64,000 nt of DNA from assembly GCA_010015805.1 (NCBI GenBank), contig ML978134.1:682001-746000 (forward strand). The letters run 5' to 3'. Source of the stretch: Rhizodiscina lignyota (taxonomy: Eukaryota). Made by a program: the position numbers and the translations under genes. Shown in pieces: positions 1 to 12,737 of the stretch. The notes under the pieces were generated by a model, which saw only the letters and a list, made by a program, of their open reading frames with translations, ran no database searches and was not told the DNA's origin. Every line of letters begins with the position of its first letter. Position 1 is the stretch's first letter.

Positions 1-1771
1 TGAGAACATATCTGGGGAGCATGCCGCACATCCTCAATTGAAACGACCATAGGCGAAGCACCGATGATGCTAGCGATCGCTGCATCCCTGGCACGTCAGC
101 TGCATAAGCGCACCTCATCGAGAACGAACAATTATCTCTCTCAGCCGCGCTAACTTCTGTCACTTGAAGATAGACATATTGCCAACCTCGAACACCCAAT
201 CCACAGTCCAGGAACGTGGAGAGCTTCGCATGCGAGGAATGCGCGTTCCCACGTCCATGCCAGCTCTACCTGCATTGAGGATCGGTTGTCAGTGCAGCGA
301 ACGCCACGCTTCTTCTCAGGCCGGTTCAAGTTTCTGTGACAGCGCCGGGTTGCTCCCCTTCACAGGATGACAGCACCCACGCCATGCCATGCTATTCACC
401 CATTCACGTGGGATACGCAGGTGCACATGGACTCGCAGACCACAGGCTGCCTAGAGAACTCTCCTGAGATGGCATTGTGCAACTTGTCATGCAATTTGTC
501 CTTGAGACAGAAGGGAAGTGGCGCTCGCTCGTCATGTCCCGCTTGCGATGGCCTGGCATGCGTCAACTAGTCGCTACTCACGACCATCGCCCTTAGGATG
601 CCGACTGGGAGATCTATGCTTAAAGCAACCCCACAATTTGAGCACGGCCAACTATCCAGTTCGCGAGCCAGTCTCTGCAAACGTTTCTCTAATCACAGAT
701 CTAGGACGGCTTGGGTAAATTAGTCGAGACCGTATCCCAAATTGACGGATGCGGCAATCTCCCAGAAATCGCCGTCTTCAGCATTCCACCGCAAAGGCTC
801 TCATACAAATACTGACCCGTGACGCTTAGACAAAGAAGTTCTTTCTAAACTCCTCATCTCTAAGAGATTTTGCAGAAAAGGACTTTGGGAGAACGGAGCC
901 AGGAAAAAGAAGAGCTTATTGCACTTGCATAGCGCGTCTTCATTGACAGCACTAACGTGGACGCGCAAGTTTCTTGTGCTGCCATACCAGAACAAAGGGG
1001 CAACCAGTGCTTTCCACGCGACTTAGTGGAGAGGAATGGAAGAGGCTAAACAGCCTGAGACATCGAACACCAGGCAACTTGCAACAGAGGCAGCTGTCGT
1101 TGCAAAGCCATAACGACTTCAAGCGGGTTCGAAGTGGGAGCAATTCCTCTTCCACCAACGATTGCTGCGCAGCACACATCTGCTGCGTCTGCATTGACCC
1201 ACTGCTTGTTCAGGAACAACCTCACGGCTGTTCGCAAAACAAGGTCCGTTCACCTTCCCGCTTGACGGTTCTCACGTCTTGCATTTTCCCCATTACCCTT
1301 CGCTAGCTTGGTCGGCCTTTGGAGAAGCTTCTCTTGTCCCGCTGCATCTTCGCGAGACACTGGAGCAAGCAGCCACAAGCTAGCAGCCGCACCAAAGAAT
1401 CTGAGACCAACTAAAACATATCCAGATAAGAATAAAACATACCGTTATCCTTCCAGGCTGTTGGAACACCTGCAGAATTTGGAACCGATTTCCAGAAAGG
1501 TTCCTTAAACGGCTGAGTGCGCTGTCTGCACTGCTAGACGACTACGATCAGTGCCTGTCTCCGTTCGATATTTCCAACTCCGCAATTCTCATCGACGGAT
1601 CGTCGCACTTGCAATACGATATCTTCGACATCTCAGAGTCTATCTTCACGACCCTGTCCTTCGATTGCAACCTCGGTCCGCACCAATCCTCCTCACAACC
1701 TCCTAAGTACCAGCCTTACCGACCGTGACCTTCGTCACCATCGCACGTCATTATCGTTGATAGCAGAAGCG

Positions 1772-3460
1772 ATGACATCTGTTACTCCACAGTCTCCACC
1801 ATCAGGCTCCGGAACAACAGAATTGCAGTACAACCTCCACCATCTTGTCGCGCACAACGCTACGACGCCACCTTACGACCATCCTCCTGACGCAAAATAT
1901 CTACGATCACACCCAGCATCATCCCAGTTCAGTTCGCCACAACCAGCCGAAATGTCTGTCGTGCAGGATCCGTACCTGACGCCGGGGTATGGACAGTACC
2001 CTGAATTGCATGGGGATGGTGATGTGGGGCTTGGAATCCAATACGTGAGACCCTCCTCCTTTTTTGGTTCTGCGTTCAGCGCAGGCGCAATGTAACGGAA
2101 TTAATGTGCTGACGGAAATAATGCAGGACGCATATGGCGCCCCAGGTCCTGCGTATTACGATGGTGGATATTCCCACTCCAGCTCTCCGGTAAGCTCTAA
2201 TAGAAAATACGCAGAAGGCTCTTCAGAACTAACCTCTTCTCGTCGAAGTATATTCAAGCATTGCCGGCCACCCCTCATTCCAACCACAGCGATGCTGGTG
2301 TCCGTACGCGCAGTGGCCGCCGCGTAGGTCGGGAGTCATCGCCTTCGGGACACAAGTCCAGTGCAGTCGATCGAAAGCGCTCACCCAAGCCGTCGAAGAA
2401 GTCCAAAGCTTCGAAGAGTGACAAGACTAAAGCTCCCAAACTCACGCAGCCCCTGAGCCTCCTGACGAAAGACATGGAGGCTCCAGTCAAGGACATGGAT
2501 GCGTGGGTCAACCGATCAGCTTCAGTTCGACGCAAAGAAGTCGAAGACCGGAAAGGCTATATCACGCGGCCGATGAATAGCTTCATGCTGTATCGTTCCG
2601 CCTACGCCGAGAGGACCAAGCAATGGGGCCTCCATAACAACCACCAGGTGGTGTCCAGCATGGCGGGAGAGTCGTGGCCGCTTGAGCCGCCGGAGGTCCG
2701 AGACCACTACAATGAACTGGCCAAGCTTGAACGCGCGAACCATCAGGCTGCGCATCCGGATTACAAGTTCAGCCCCAGCAAGACCAGCACCAGCCGGAAG
2801 AGAAGAATCGGAAGCGAAGACGCGGATGAGGATGACGAGCCGAGTGATTTCGATGATCCAGATGCGGAATGGGGTGCGGGCCGCAGAAATCGAGGCAAAA
2901 AGCAGAGGACCGACCTCAGCGTGCACTCGCCCTTTCCGCAAGCCGATGCCAGAGCAATCGGAATGTGGGAAGCACACTCGGACGGCAAGCCACTGCCGCA
3001 AGCCATCAGCGCAGATCCCTACGCGCAGTACTATCAAGCAGGCCTGTATCCCCAATACGCTATGTCAATGATGGAGGATATGACAGCACGCCGCTTGTCG
3101 AATCAGGGCATGCGGTACGCCGTCGCGTCTCCGCTCATGAGTCAGTCTCTGCTGGGCCTGCCGGGTGGGCAGCACCACGAGCAGTACCACGGGTTACCCC
3201 AAGCTCCGCATGGCATCGCAACTCCGCCGCCTTCGTCGCAGCTCGATCCAGCTCTGATGGGCTATGCAGTGCAGCCAACGTATATCGATGGCATAGACTA
3301 TGCGCCCTTCTCAGGCACCGAACAAGGTTCGCAAATCCCGTCGGATTTCCTGGGTACTGTGCAAGATGAGTGGCAGGTCGATCCGGCACTTGCGCCGCTG
3401 GAGACGGGAACTGAGTTTGAGAAGTGGATGGACGAGGAGATACAGCAGGGGAGTGCTTAG
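1772..3460 (+). CDS. HMG-box transcription factor (MATA_HMG / Ste11-like class)
   Basis: HMG box 'ITRPMNSFMLYRSAYAERTK...VSSMAGESWPLEPPEVRDHYNELAKLERANHQAAHPDYKFSP' followed by a basic NLS-like tract. Introns 2045-2126 and 2190-2248 (GT..AG with branch sites) join three ORFs in frame. Confidence 0.9.
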
Positions 3461-4123
3461 ACTGGAAGAGTGATTGAGAGCAAATTGTTGAGACGTGATG
3501 AAGATCTGTAAAGATAATGAGGAGGTGTGGATGTTGTATGATTCAATTCGATGCTGTTGTCTTTTTTCCCTCGTTTCCTACTGTCGGCTTCGGGGTACAT
3601 GTATTGGGCGGTTGTGGGGCAACTTGATAGAATATTCATAGCGCGAAGTATCTGAAATGACGGTGGGCTCGTCACGATACCGCAGAATATAAGTCACAAG
3701 GCTGATGGAGATCTGGAATGTGTTTCTGCGCTACTTAACTCGTATTGCTCTGAGACACTTCGAAAACGGATGTGTGGTGCATTTCAGAGAGTAGGTAGGA
3801 TAATGAACCCACTTAAATGTCTGAACGGATAGAAAATAAGAGGCTGGCAAATGTTTCACTGCGGGTCGAGGCCATGTTGCTAAAGCCATCTGCTTCGAGA
3901 AGTAGTGTGGGATGAAGGGTGGCGAAAAAGATATATGCCGAGGTCCGCCGTAGGATATTTGGCGGCGAACTATAACTGAACTAGGGACTCTACCCGGCGA
4001 CCACTTTCAAGGCTCCTTAAGGTAGCCTCAAGAACACGAACCTCACGTGTCCTCGTGTTTGCGACGCGACTTTTAAGTTGCGCAAAATGATCCACCATTT
4101 CCAACTACCTGTCAACCTTCAGC

Positions 4124-5334
4124 ATGCCTCGCAAATTGCCATGGGCACAAGCCGAGGCCAGCACGAGCGCGTCGCGATCAAGGACGCCCTTGAAGAGGGA
4201 GCGACAGAAATCATTGTTCGGAAACGACGAAGGCGATAGCCTCAATAGCTCGCGGCGACCACGGAAAGTCGCAAGAACCGGTACAGCTGAAGCGCTTATA
4301 CCTTCATACAATTGCTTCAGTACAGAAGCTGATTAAAAGTAGAGCGCAATCCTTCTTCATCCCCGCCCGCGCAACTTCCCCCTCCACCATCTGAGGAGCT
4401 TATGAAGGAAGGCTTGGATGCCGACGACATCTGGATCATGGTCGAAGACGAATTTAATACGACTGCATCGTTGTTCACCAGGCACATCCATCATGCAGAG
4501 TACAAGCGCTCGAGGGAGCTTGCAAAGGCGCACAACGCTGCAGCAATAAGCGACATTGCAATGCCTACGGACCCGCGGTATTCGCTCAGCAATGAGGCTA
4601 AGAAACGCGTAGAAGCAACTGCATTGGCTGCGAAGCAGAAGAAAGCTCTCGAGCCGTATGCCGAGAGTGAAGACACCGACGATGAGCTATGGTCCCTGAA
4701 TCCAACGCTTGCAGACCTGATGTCTCAGCCGAAAGAGCTATCCTCTCGATTGGCCAGCGTTACAAGAGTTCAATCTAGCACGAGGGCTGCGGCCGGATAT
4801 GCCAAGGCAAAATCCGACGTAACCGGGCCAACTACCACGAAGAGCTTTTCCTCAATGGAAAAGGTGTTGATCGACAAGAAATCAAGGCGTCAGAATTATG
4901 AGATTCGTGTATCTGAGGATGAAGATTATGATGACCTTGACACCCCGGCATACCCGACCAAGTCAGATTCGGTTCAAACGCAGAAAAAGCCTTTGTCCAC
5001 GGGTGGGTTCCGTACACCGCAAGAGAGAAATCAACGTCCAGATGCGGGACAAGTCGAAAGCTTACCAAATGGTACATATGAGGCCACAACTACGCTCCCT
5101 GAAAGTGTCTACGTCAGCCAAGGGGCGAAATCTACATCTGTCAGGTCAGTCTCATCGTCAAAGACACGTCAACCGATTCCTGATCTGTTTGACGATTTCC
5201 CTGCCCGCCGAGCGATGCCAGAGAGCTATGCTGAACGCCTGCTTGCAAAACGAAAGGCCGACATGGCGAAGAAGGAGCAGGACACGAAGCCGAAGTCGGT
5301 GACTTTGGATCAAATACCGACCTTCTTAATTTAG
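4124..5334 (+). CDS. Conserved fungal hypothetical protein
   Basis: Start MPRKLPW; intron 4281-4342 joins in frame to the 310-aa ORF. It contains 'DDIWIMVEDEF..TASLFTRHIHHAEYKR' and ends 'IPTFLI', motifs I recognise from a conserved Pezizomycotina family of unknown function. Confidence 0.75.
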
Positions 5335-5616
5335 AACGGCTAAATGCCATAACGAGCGATGAATGATACCCAACACTTGATTGAATCTTGAAACATTATG
5401 TTTCCAAAGATGCTGTTTTCACTATGGTGCGCCGGCGTTTCAAGTTGGGTCGGCTGGCACAGCAAAATCTTTGGATTTGCAATTCAATCTTTATCCGTTG
5501 AAATAAAGTTTTGTCAGTACGTAACATCTTTGTGGCCTGTGGCGTTCTAACCGGCATGTTGAACTTGTACATGACATGGTACCACTAAAGTCCATTTCTT
5601 TACATAGTAATACATA

Positions 5617-6474
5617 TTACCACTTCTCAACCCATGGCCTGACATCGAGCTCCACAGTCATTGTGGATCGTGGCTGTATGTGCAAATTCCAGTAGGCGTC
5701 CGCGATCTGAGGTCAATTAGCACATCTGAAATTCCAAGTAGTCATGGACACCAAGCCTACCGCGTCAGGGCTCATCTTCGCATCTGGACCAGCACCCTGC
5801 ATCCACTCCTTCGTTCTTGGAATGTCAATCACTCCGTCGACAATGACATGCGAAACGTGAATTCCTTTGGGCATGAATTCTCTCGCCAGACTCTGAGACA
5901 AAGCCCTCTTTGCAAATTTACCCGCCGCGAAAGGAGCAAAATTAGCACTGCCTTTAATGGACGCCGTTGCTCCGGTGAAGATCAGAGTCGGTGGATGCTT
6001 CGATCCTGTATCGACTCCCTTCAGCAGAAGTGGCAGAGTTGCCTTTGAGAAAAGGAATGCACCCAGCCCGCTGACTTTGAATCCGTTCATGAAATCTTCT
6101 TCCGTCAATTCAAGGAAGGGTTTGCGGCCAAAACCGCTGGCATTGAAAATTGCTGCCTGGGAAGAAGTGAGCTGTGTGGAACTGGAGTGCCCTCTAATAG
6201 AGCCAATTTTGACACATACGGCGGCTGCCACATCCTCTCCGAATTCTTTCTTGATCTGAGCGGCAGCATTATCGACGCTCTTCGAGTCAGATACATCCGT
6301 GCTAATGCCAATTGCCTTCCCACCGCTGCTGTTGATCTCGTTTACGAGGCCCTCGTAGTTCTCAGGCTTCCTTGCCATGAGCACCACAGGGTAGGAGGCT
6401 GCAAACTTGCGAGCCACTGACGCCCCTGTCCCTGCCCCCACACCAGCGACGATTGCAATCAACTTGGAGGACAT
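5617..6474 (-). CDS. Short-chain dehydrogenase/reductase
   Basis: Rossmann motif 'IVAGVGAGTG', 'IFTGATAS', 'FAAGKFAKRALSQSLAREF..GIHVSHVIVDG'. Introns 6157-6219 and 5707-5760; last exon IADAYWNLHIQPRSTMTVELDVRPWVEKW*. Confidence 0.9.
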
Positions 6475-9400
6475 AATGATTTCAGATACGTTTGTGTTGG
6501 AATGGATTCAAATGAAACTAGATAGTCAAGAAGTAGAGAGATGGAAAGTACAAAGATTATGCATAAAATTGCTGGATAATGATGTCGATCGATTTGTAAA
6601 CATAGATTTAGATTACTCGCGGGGAATGGCATCATTCGGACACTTCATCGGAAGCCGGATTTAATCCGAAATTTAACCATTGACCCTTTGCCCTTCCTGG
6701 AAGTCGGTCACGTTGACACTACGCTGCGTGTATCAAACATCATCTCCCTTTCCAACTTACCATTCCGAAAAGCCTTCGACTTCTGCCTTAGTTTTCGATG
6801 TTAGCGGGGCCGTATAACCAGAGTATATAGCGATGTGTTTCCTGCAAGGGCTAACTGAGACATAGGTCCAACGTCCGCATTCGTCTCCTTTGAGTCTTCT
6901 AGTAGTCACAGAGCAAAGCTGAGAATCAAATTCTTCAAGTTCTTCAAAGCTTTCACATAGTTCAAATCGACGACTTTATCCTACGAAGCTTCAGTCCAGA
7001 TGGAACATTGAATCATGACTGCAAGCTCTGGCTCATTTTCCGCCGTGACGACGTACGATATTGGGGGTTGAAACTTATCACATTCCAAAACAGGAACACT
7101 TGTCCTCTTTCGCTTTGGCATCGCTCGAATTCATTGTTAACTGTCTCGAAAAAGAACACGTTAAGAAGGGAAAAGATGAAGTGGCAGAAATGTGCTCCAT
7201 GCACCGCATATCGCGCTTTGATTGGACGAGGTATTAGGAATCGCATCCCTTCCTTCGATTCAGCGTTTCGGGTCGGCGTCCTTGGCGTTTTGCAGATCTT
7301 TGTTCCCTTTTCAACTACGTACTTCGTACTCGTATATCGGTTATTGGAGTGGACACCTTCGGCGAAATAGAACTTCGAAGCGCCGCTTTGACGTCAGTAC
7401 CAAATCATGCGCACACCATCAGTCCATGACTCGGTCGGCCCGTTCCGTGGGTGCAGGAACCTGTACCGAAGTTCACGAGGCCCCGACTGCAGGGATTGAT
7501 GAGATCAAGCCGCATGTACGAGCCTCAATTCTGGGACCCGCATGATTACTTTGGACCTCACAGGCAAGATTACCACAGTTATAAGAGCATCTGCGACCAC
7601 TCTGTTCCAATCTTCAACTTCTATGTGCTTTCCGCAGCAGCGAGTTTGACATGGCGACATGAAAGTAGCCTTCGCGCTCTGAGAGATCTGGAACACAAAG
7701 ACGTATGATGGGTCGAAGCGGCTAGAAGGCCGCTTGCATTTGGATGGAGTCGACTTGCCTTTGGCGTGGTCTATTTCTGACAGGGGCGTCGGGCTCGACA
7801 AATCGACTTCACATGTATTGGTCCGTGCGATTCAAGCGTCTCTATAAGTTCGCGAAAGCATTGAAACGCCAGACGAAGAACATCTTAGACGAAGCCTTCC
7901 ATGTTGCAATGCCTGCTAAATCAATCTAGCCGCCAATTTGGATATCTATATGACCAGAGCAAACGCGCCTCCCAATGATTGGGTTCCTATCTATCCCGAC
8001 AATAATACATATTGGTTGTACGCTTTGCGTCAAGCAAAGTATTCCTGACACTCCCGGCATGCGTGGTGTCCGCACTTGTGACAAGTGTCCGTGAGAGCTT
8101 TTGGAATCGATCCCTCGCCACAGTTATGCTGCGAAAAGAGTTAGTCGAAGTCCCAATACTTGGAGATCTGAGGCGAGCTTACGCAGTTCCAATACCATTC
8201 TGCATCGTAGGGTTTCCCAAACGATCCTATTGGGAGAAAACTTTCCGGACACGATTTAGTGAAGCGAGTCTCTGCGGCATCGACAGGACGGTGCGATGCA
8301 TCGCAGATAACGGATCCGATCGCTCCCAAGTCTTCAGACTCTGAGCCTTCCGCACAGCGATTCGACGGCTTTCGGAGCATTAGCGGGCCTGGTCAGTCAA
8401 CTATTAAAGAGTGGAAATGGCCTTACATGTTGAGGAAACATTCGATCGTATGCGATCCAAGGGCGTGGAGAGAGGTGGTGTCGCGCTGCGAATTCCGAGT
8501 CTGTTGCTCACTGCTTTTTTGCCACAACGCAGTGTATAGACTCGCGATAGCCGTTTTATGTCATTCGGTACGGAGCGCAAGATGACGGGCCTACATGCCC
8601 GCAGCCACACCCCTATTACCTGGTCCGCGTGATTTGGGGCTAAAGCATCTGCAACCGCTTCCAGTAAAGTCACAGCAAACAACCAACTTTCAAATTCCAG
8701 GACCTGCCGAGGCCCTGACAGCACTGCAATTCGCCATCACCAAGAATCGGATCCACACGGGCGAAGATCGCACAAGGGTAGCCCCGTTTTGCCGGTTTTT
8801 AGCTTCCTGCAAGGCTGTGTTTAAGGCTCCGACACGAAGCGGACCGCTTGGTTTCTTATTCGCCGCCTTCTGGAAATACTTTCAGGGCTGCCGAAGTTAC
8901 CGGGCATCCAAGGTGGCGTGGGGTTCAGACGGAGCCATAGCCAGCCAGTGGTTAGCAGGCAGCAGTCCTTCATCTCAACTCAGCTCTGAGAAATTATTAG
9001 AATACGTGGCTCGGCAACGAAAACCTTCGTCATCCTTCCACTATACAAAACCCACCGAGGCTGACTTTCGTTTGTTTCATCCTGCCGTATCGTCGATCCT
9101 TGGGCCAAATCTCCGACTCGCGAGTCAATGGATTGTTCTTTAAAATGCGCATCATGTCCTGAGATGCGCGTCATGGCGAGTCTGAGCTGCTGCGTTGGCT
9201 CCGGGCGTTGGTTTTGATACGCTGGATAATGGTGCTGAAGCCTTTTTTCCCTCACGACGTAATACCACTAGATGGCCCGACGTTGTGGGTATTGGCACCA
9301 CGTCCTGCTTTTCCCTGAATTTCGCGACGTTGATTGGCTCGCCGCCTGCAGGTGTATCCGAATCTAGTTTACCGGTCACCATAAAACGAAGTGCCCTTTC

Positions 9401-11818
9401 GCTGTGCCCTTTCGCCTGCTCTCGTCCGGCGCTATGAGAAGCGAATCCTCGAGCCGAAGGTACGCAACGCCCTCCTAGCCAGAGCCAAGGCCGGACGACG
9501 CAAGCTCATTGTCGTATCGTCGGCTATGCTATGCACCCGGGAGCCGTGAGACGATTGACGTTGTCAGCGACCCCTAGCCAACGCTAGCGAATGAGGCTGT
9601 TCTGGCAATAAGCCGGACAAGACTTCACCAAGAAATAAAAGACGCAATCCGCTGCACTGGCTCGTGAATGTGGTGTGATATTGGCTATCATACTAGGCAA
9701 GAATGGCACAATACCTAATCCTATCTAGATCCGGTAAAACTACTATGTAAGAGGATGAGCGCAGCCGGCATTTCGTAATATTTCCCCCATGTCATGATCG
9801 GCAAGACTCCTTCTTGATTCACCTCTGACGTCTTCTCGTCAATCTGACATTTGGTTGTTCCAGGGTCTAAATATGGCGACGCTGCCCCAGATCCTGCGGT
9901 TTCCCTAGATTCGCGAAGCTATGTAAAGACGCATCGCCCCGCAAAAATCGAAGTCAGGGCTAAATCATGAAACGCGGCTAGTAAATTTCTAATGGAATAC
10001 GTCTTTGGGCGATTCGCAACCTGGCCCCAAGCGGAAGGACCAACTCGTTTCGAAACCGCTCTTCGCGAAAGCGAAACACATATTATCCTCGCCTTAGTGT
10101 CGGGCCTAAAAAAGGAAGTCGGAATAGAGCTTAAGACCCTTTTCATATATTTAATTCCTTTATCGTAAACGTGGCCCACTTGTGGTTCTATGTAGCGATT
10201 GGTTCCGCTCATCTCCCTTCATTTCGATGTCCGTCCAATAGCCTCTTTAACCTTTCATATCTTGGATTCGACCGTCGGAACGAAGACACCTTCATATATG
10301 ACGCTATGCTTGCGTGTTCAAAAGTTGCAGAGCGCTTGATTTTGCTGATTGCGAGTCAGTTGTCACAGTCACACCAACTCAAAAGCAATTCTGTCGCTCA
10401 TTCCAACTGCTTACCTAGCAACACAATGGCCGTGCTCGAAACCTCCTCGTAACGCTACCTTAAATTAACTAGAGCAGAAGACACACGTGTGCCACCCGTG
10501 AGGTACCAGCTTCGAACCGCCATATGCCACTCCAGGTAATAGTTGCGCGATGATGCGAACTTCTTATGGAGGCACAACGTGCTCCAGGAGTGGCCGATGG
10601 CGAGGACAAAGATGGATTGTACAACACGTTATGTCAGAACATTATATTTGTCAAACCCTGCAAGGCAGATTTTTGCAAACTTGCACTGACAACTCATCAT
10701 CATCCATGAGCAACGTTGCACTACAGACCTGCAATAAAGGCTGCACATCCCACTTCATTCGGGAATTACAACTTGATACATTTAAGCTATGATTTCCCTC
10801 GGCAACTCCCAAGTATCGTACGACAGATTCTTACAATGGCGTGGGGGGTGATGGCGCTATCAAAAGCAGAGAGCTGAGGCCCGAGGAGCACAGATCCTAA
10901 GATGTTACACCTCTAATCCTTAACACATTCGACCATGACCGGGCTGTCCTTTCTTTGAGGAGTAACAAGCACACAGCCTCGCTTCTATTCGCACATATGT
11001 ATCGAGCTTGATAGCTCATAAGCGAGAACATCATTCTCTCAATCACCTCGACGGTCTCTCGCACGACGTTGACGTGTGAACTTTTGTTGGATACCGATAA
11101 CTGACACAGCATGGTATTCTAACCCTAGCTTGTGCGTCACTTATCGCTGTCGACTGAAGCTTGCCCTTGCAATCTCTCTCCTGACCGCTCTATGAAAATG
11201 GATGAGGTTGATGTGCTCGCCGTCTCCTCCGAGCAGTATAAGGCGTCCCCCTTTGAGCCGGCACTACAGGCACAACCTGCCGAGTTCTGGGCTACCGAAC
11301 TCATGCTGTCCGTTTCTAACCGGAACATGCCCATTGCCTTCAAATTAGCGAACCACGGCAACCTAAGCAAGCATCCCCCTATCCGGTTAGAACGTGCGAA
11401 GTACAGGCGGGACACGGCCGAGATATGTTAATCAGCGCTCTCTTCAGGCGAGTACGGTCCATGTACATCCCCATCAGGGAAAACCGGAAATTGGTGAAGC
11501 TCGACGAAAGAGGAGGAATCTCATGCTAGGTCCAGACCATTGCCCCGAACGTGATTGGCTGGGCCCTCTCCACACCCGACGATCCGACGCTTAACCACCT
11601 CGATTCGAGAGCAGCGCAAGCGCGTTCGCGTTTCTCGGATCCCGTTGCATCACGGTCAGTGTTGCCGAGTTGCGCTAGCCGTGAAGTATGAAGTATATAT
11701 GAGCAAGGCTGAAGCTCAGGTTTAAGGGTGAAGTAAAACTCCATTCAAGCTCTGTACTGCCAATTGACCGCGTCCGCCATCTTTCGTACTACCTCCAACA
11801 GTTCCAACAATCACAGAT

Positions 11819-12283
11819 ATGTCGTTTCTCGACGCGTACAACAAATCATTCCTTGCCATCCCGGCCTACTACGTCCTCTCCATCTTCCCCCACAGCTACG
11901 CCGTGGCCCTCGCGAGCGGAGGGAACCTTAAACAGTTCGACAACCAACCTCGAACGACGAACTTCAAGAAGCGCGTGCAGGAATCACTGCCTCCGGAGAC
12001 ATTCGCAAAGTACGAGCGTGCCGAAGCCGCTCACTACAATGGCATGGAGAATCTGCCTCTTTTTGCCGCAGCAGTCATTCTGGGCAACCTGGCGGGGCTG
12101 GAGAAGAGCGCAATGGATAGGTTCGTCGGCGCGTTCCTGGCATTGAGGGCGGCGTACTTCGTGCAATACATCAGCAACTCCAAGAAGGAGTATACGTGGA
12201 TTAGGACCGTGCTCTGGATGGGCAGCGTGGCGCTGTCTATCAGAACGATCGTGCAGGCTGCGAAAGCCATGGGGTCGAAGTAG
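11819..12283 (+). CDS. MAPEG-family membrane protein
   Basis: Intronless 154 aa with about four hydrophobic helices, 'RAEAAHYNGMENLPLFAAAV' and 'LRAAYFVQY...IRTVLW'. Confidence 0.85.
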   Translation: MSFLDAYNKSFLAIPAYYVLSIFPHSYAVALASGGNLKQFDNQPRTTNFKKRVQESLPPETFAKYERAEAAHYNGMENLPLFAAAVILGNLAGLEKSAMDRFVGAFLALRAAYFVQYISNSKKEYTWIRTVLWMGSVALSIRTIVQAAKAMGSK

Positions 12284-12737
12284 AGTTGCAAGGGCTATCT
12301 GCCGGTTTCCGGATTTCGAGTGGAGCATACCGTTTCACCAACATGTGGCAGCATCTCCACTCCTCTGTGGCTTGCTCACTATACCGGTAGATTGGTAGAG
12401 GCGGACATTATAATGGAAGGGAGATCCCTGGCAAGGGGAGACGTGGAGTTTGCCCTTACTATTTTTAACCTCCACTATGTATGTAACACTACACATGAAA
12501 GCTTCCTGCAAGAACATCGCTCCTTCCCTCTGTTTCAAGGATCCTCTCTGAGATCGTTCACAGTTCTTAAATTTAGGAAATTAACCCCAACCGGCGAGAT
12601 ACTTCAAAGTCGCTGCGTCAATGCGTCAATGACGTTCCTCTTGTCAGCTCCAAGCATCGTGGTATACACTTCCTTTCAAGTTTGTTGGCACCTTCGCGCG
12701 ATGAGTCCGTGTGATAAAGCGAAGTTACTACTATCCT

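Noticed and set aside
1772..3460. MAT1-2-1 mating-type gene
   Set aside because: The HMG box has no internal intron, the protein is long, and neither APN2 nor SLA2 is adjacent within the window. A non-MAT HMG factor fits better.
3961..4027. LSU rRNA-like words (GGCGGCGAACTATAAC ... CCTTAAGGTAGCC)
   Set aside because: Two short imperfect matches separated by about 35 unrelated bases, with no flanking rRNA similarity; most likely chance.
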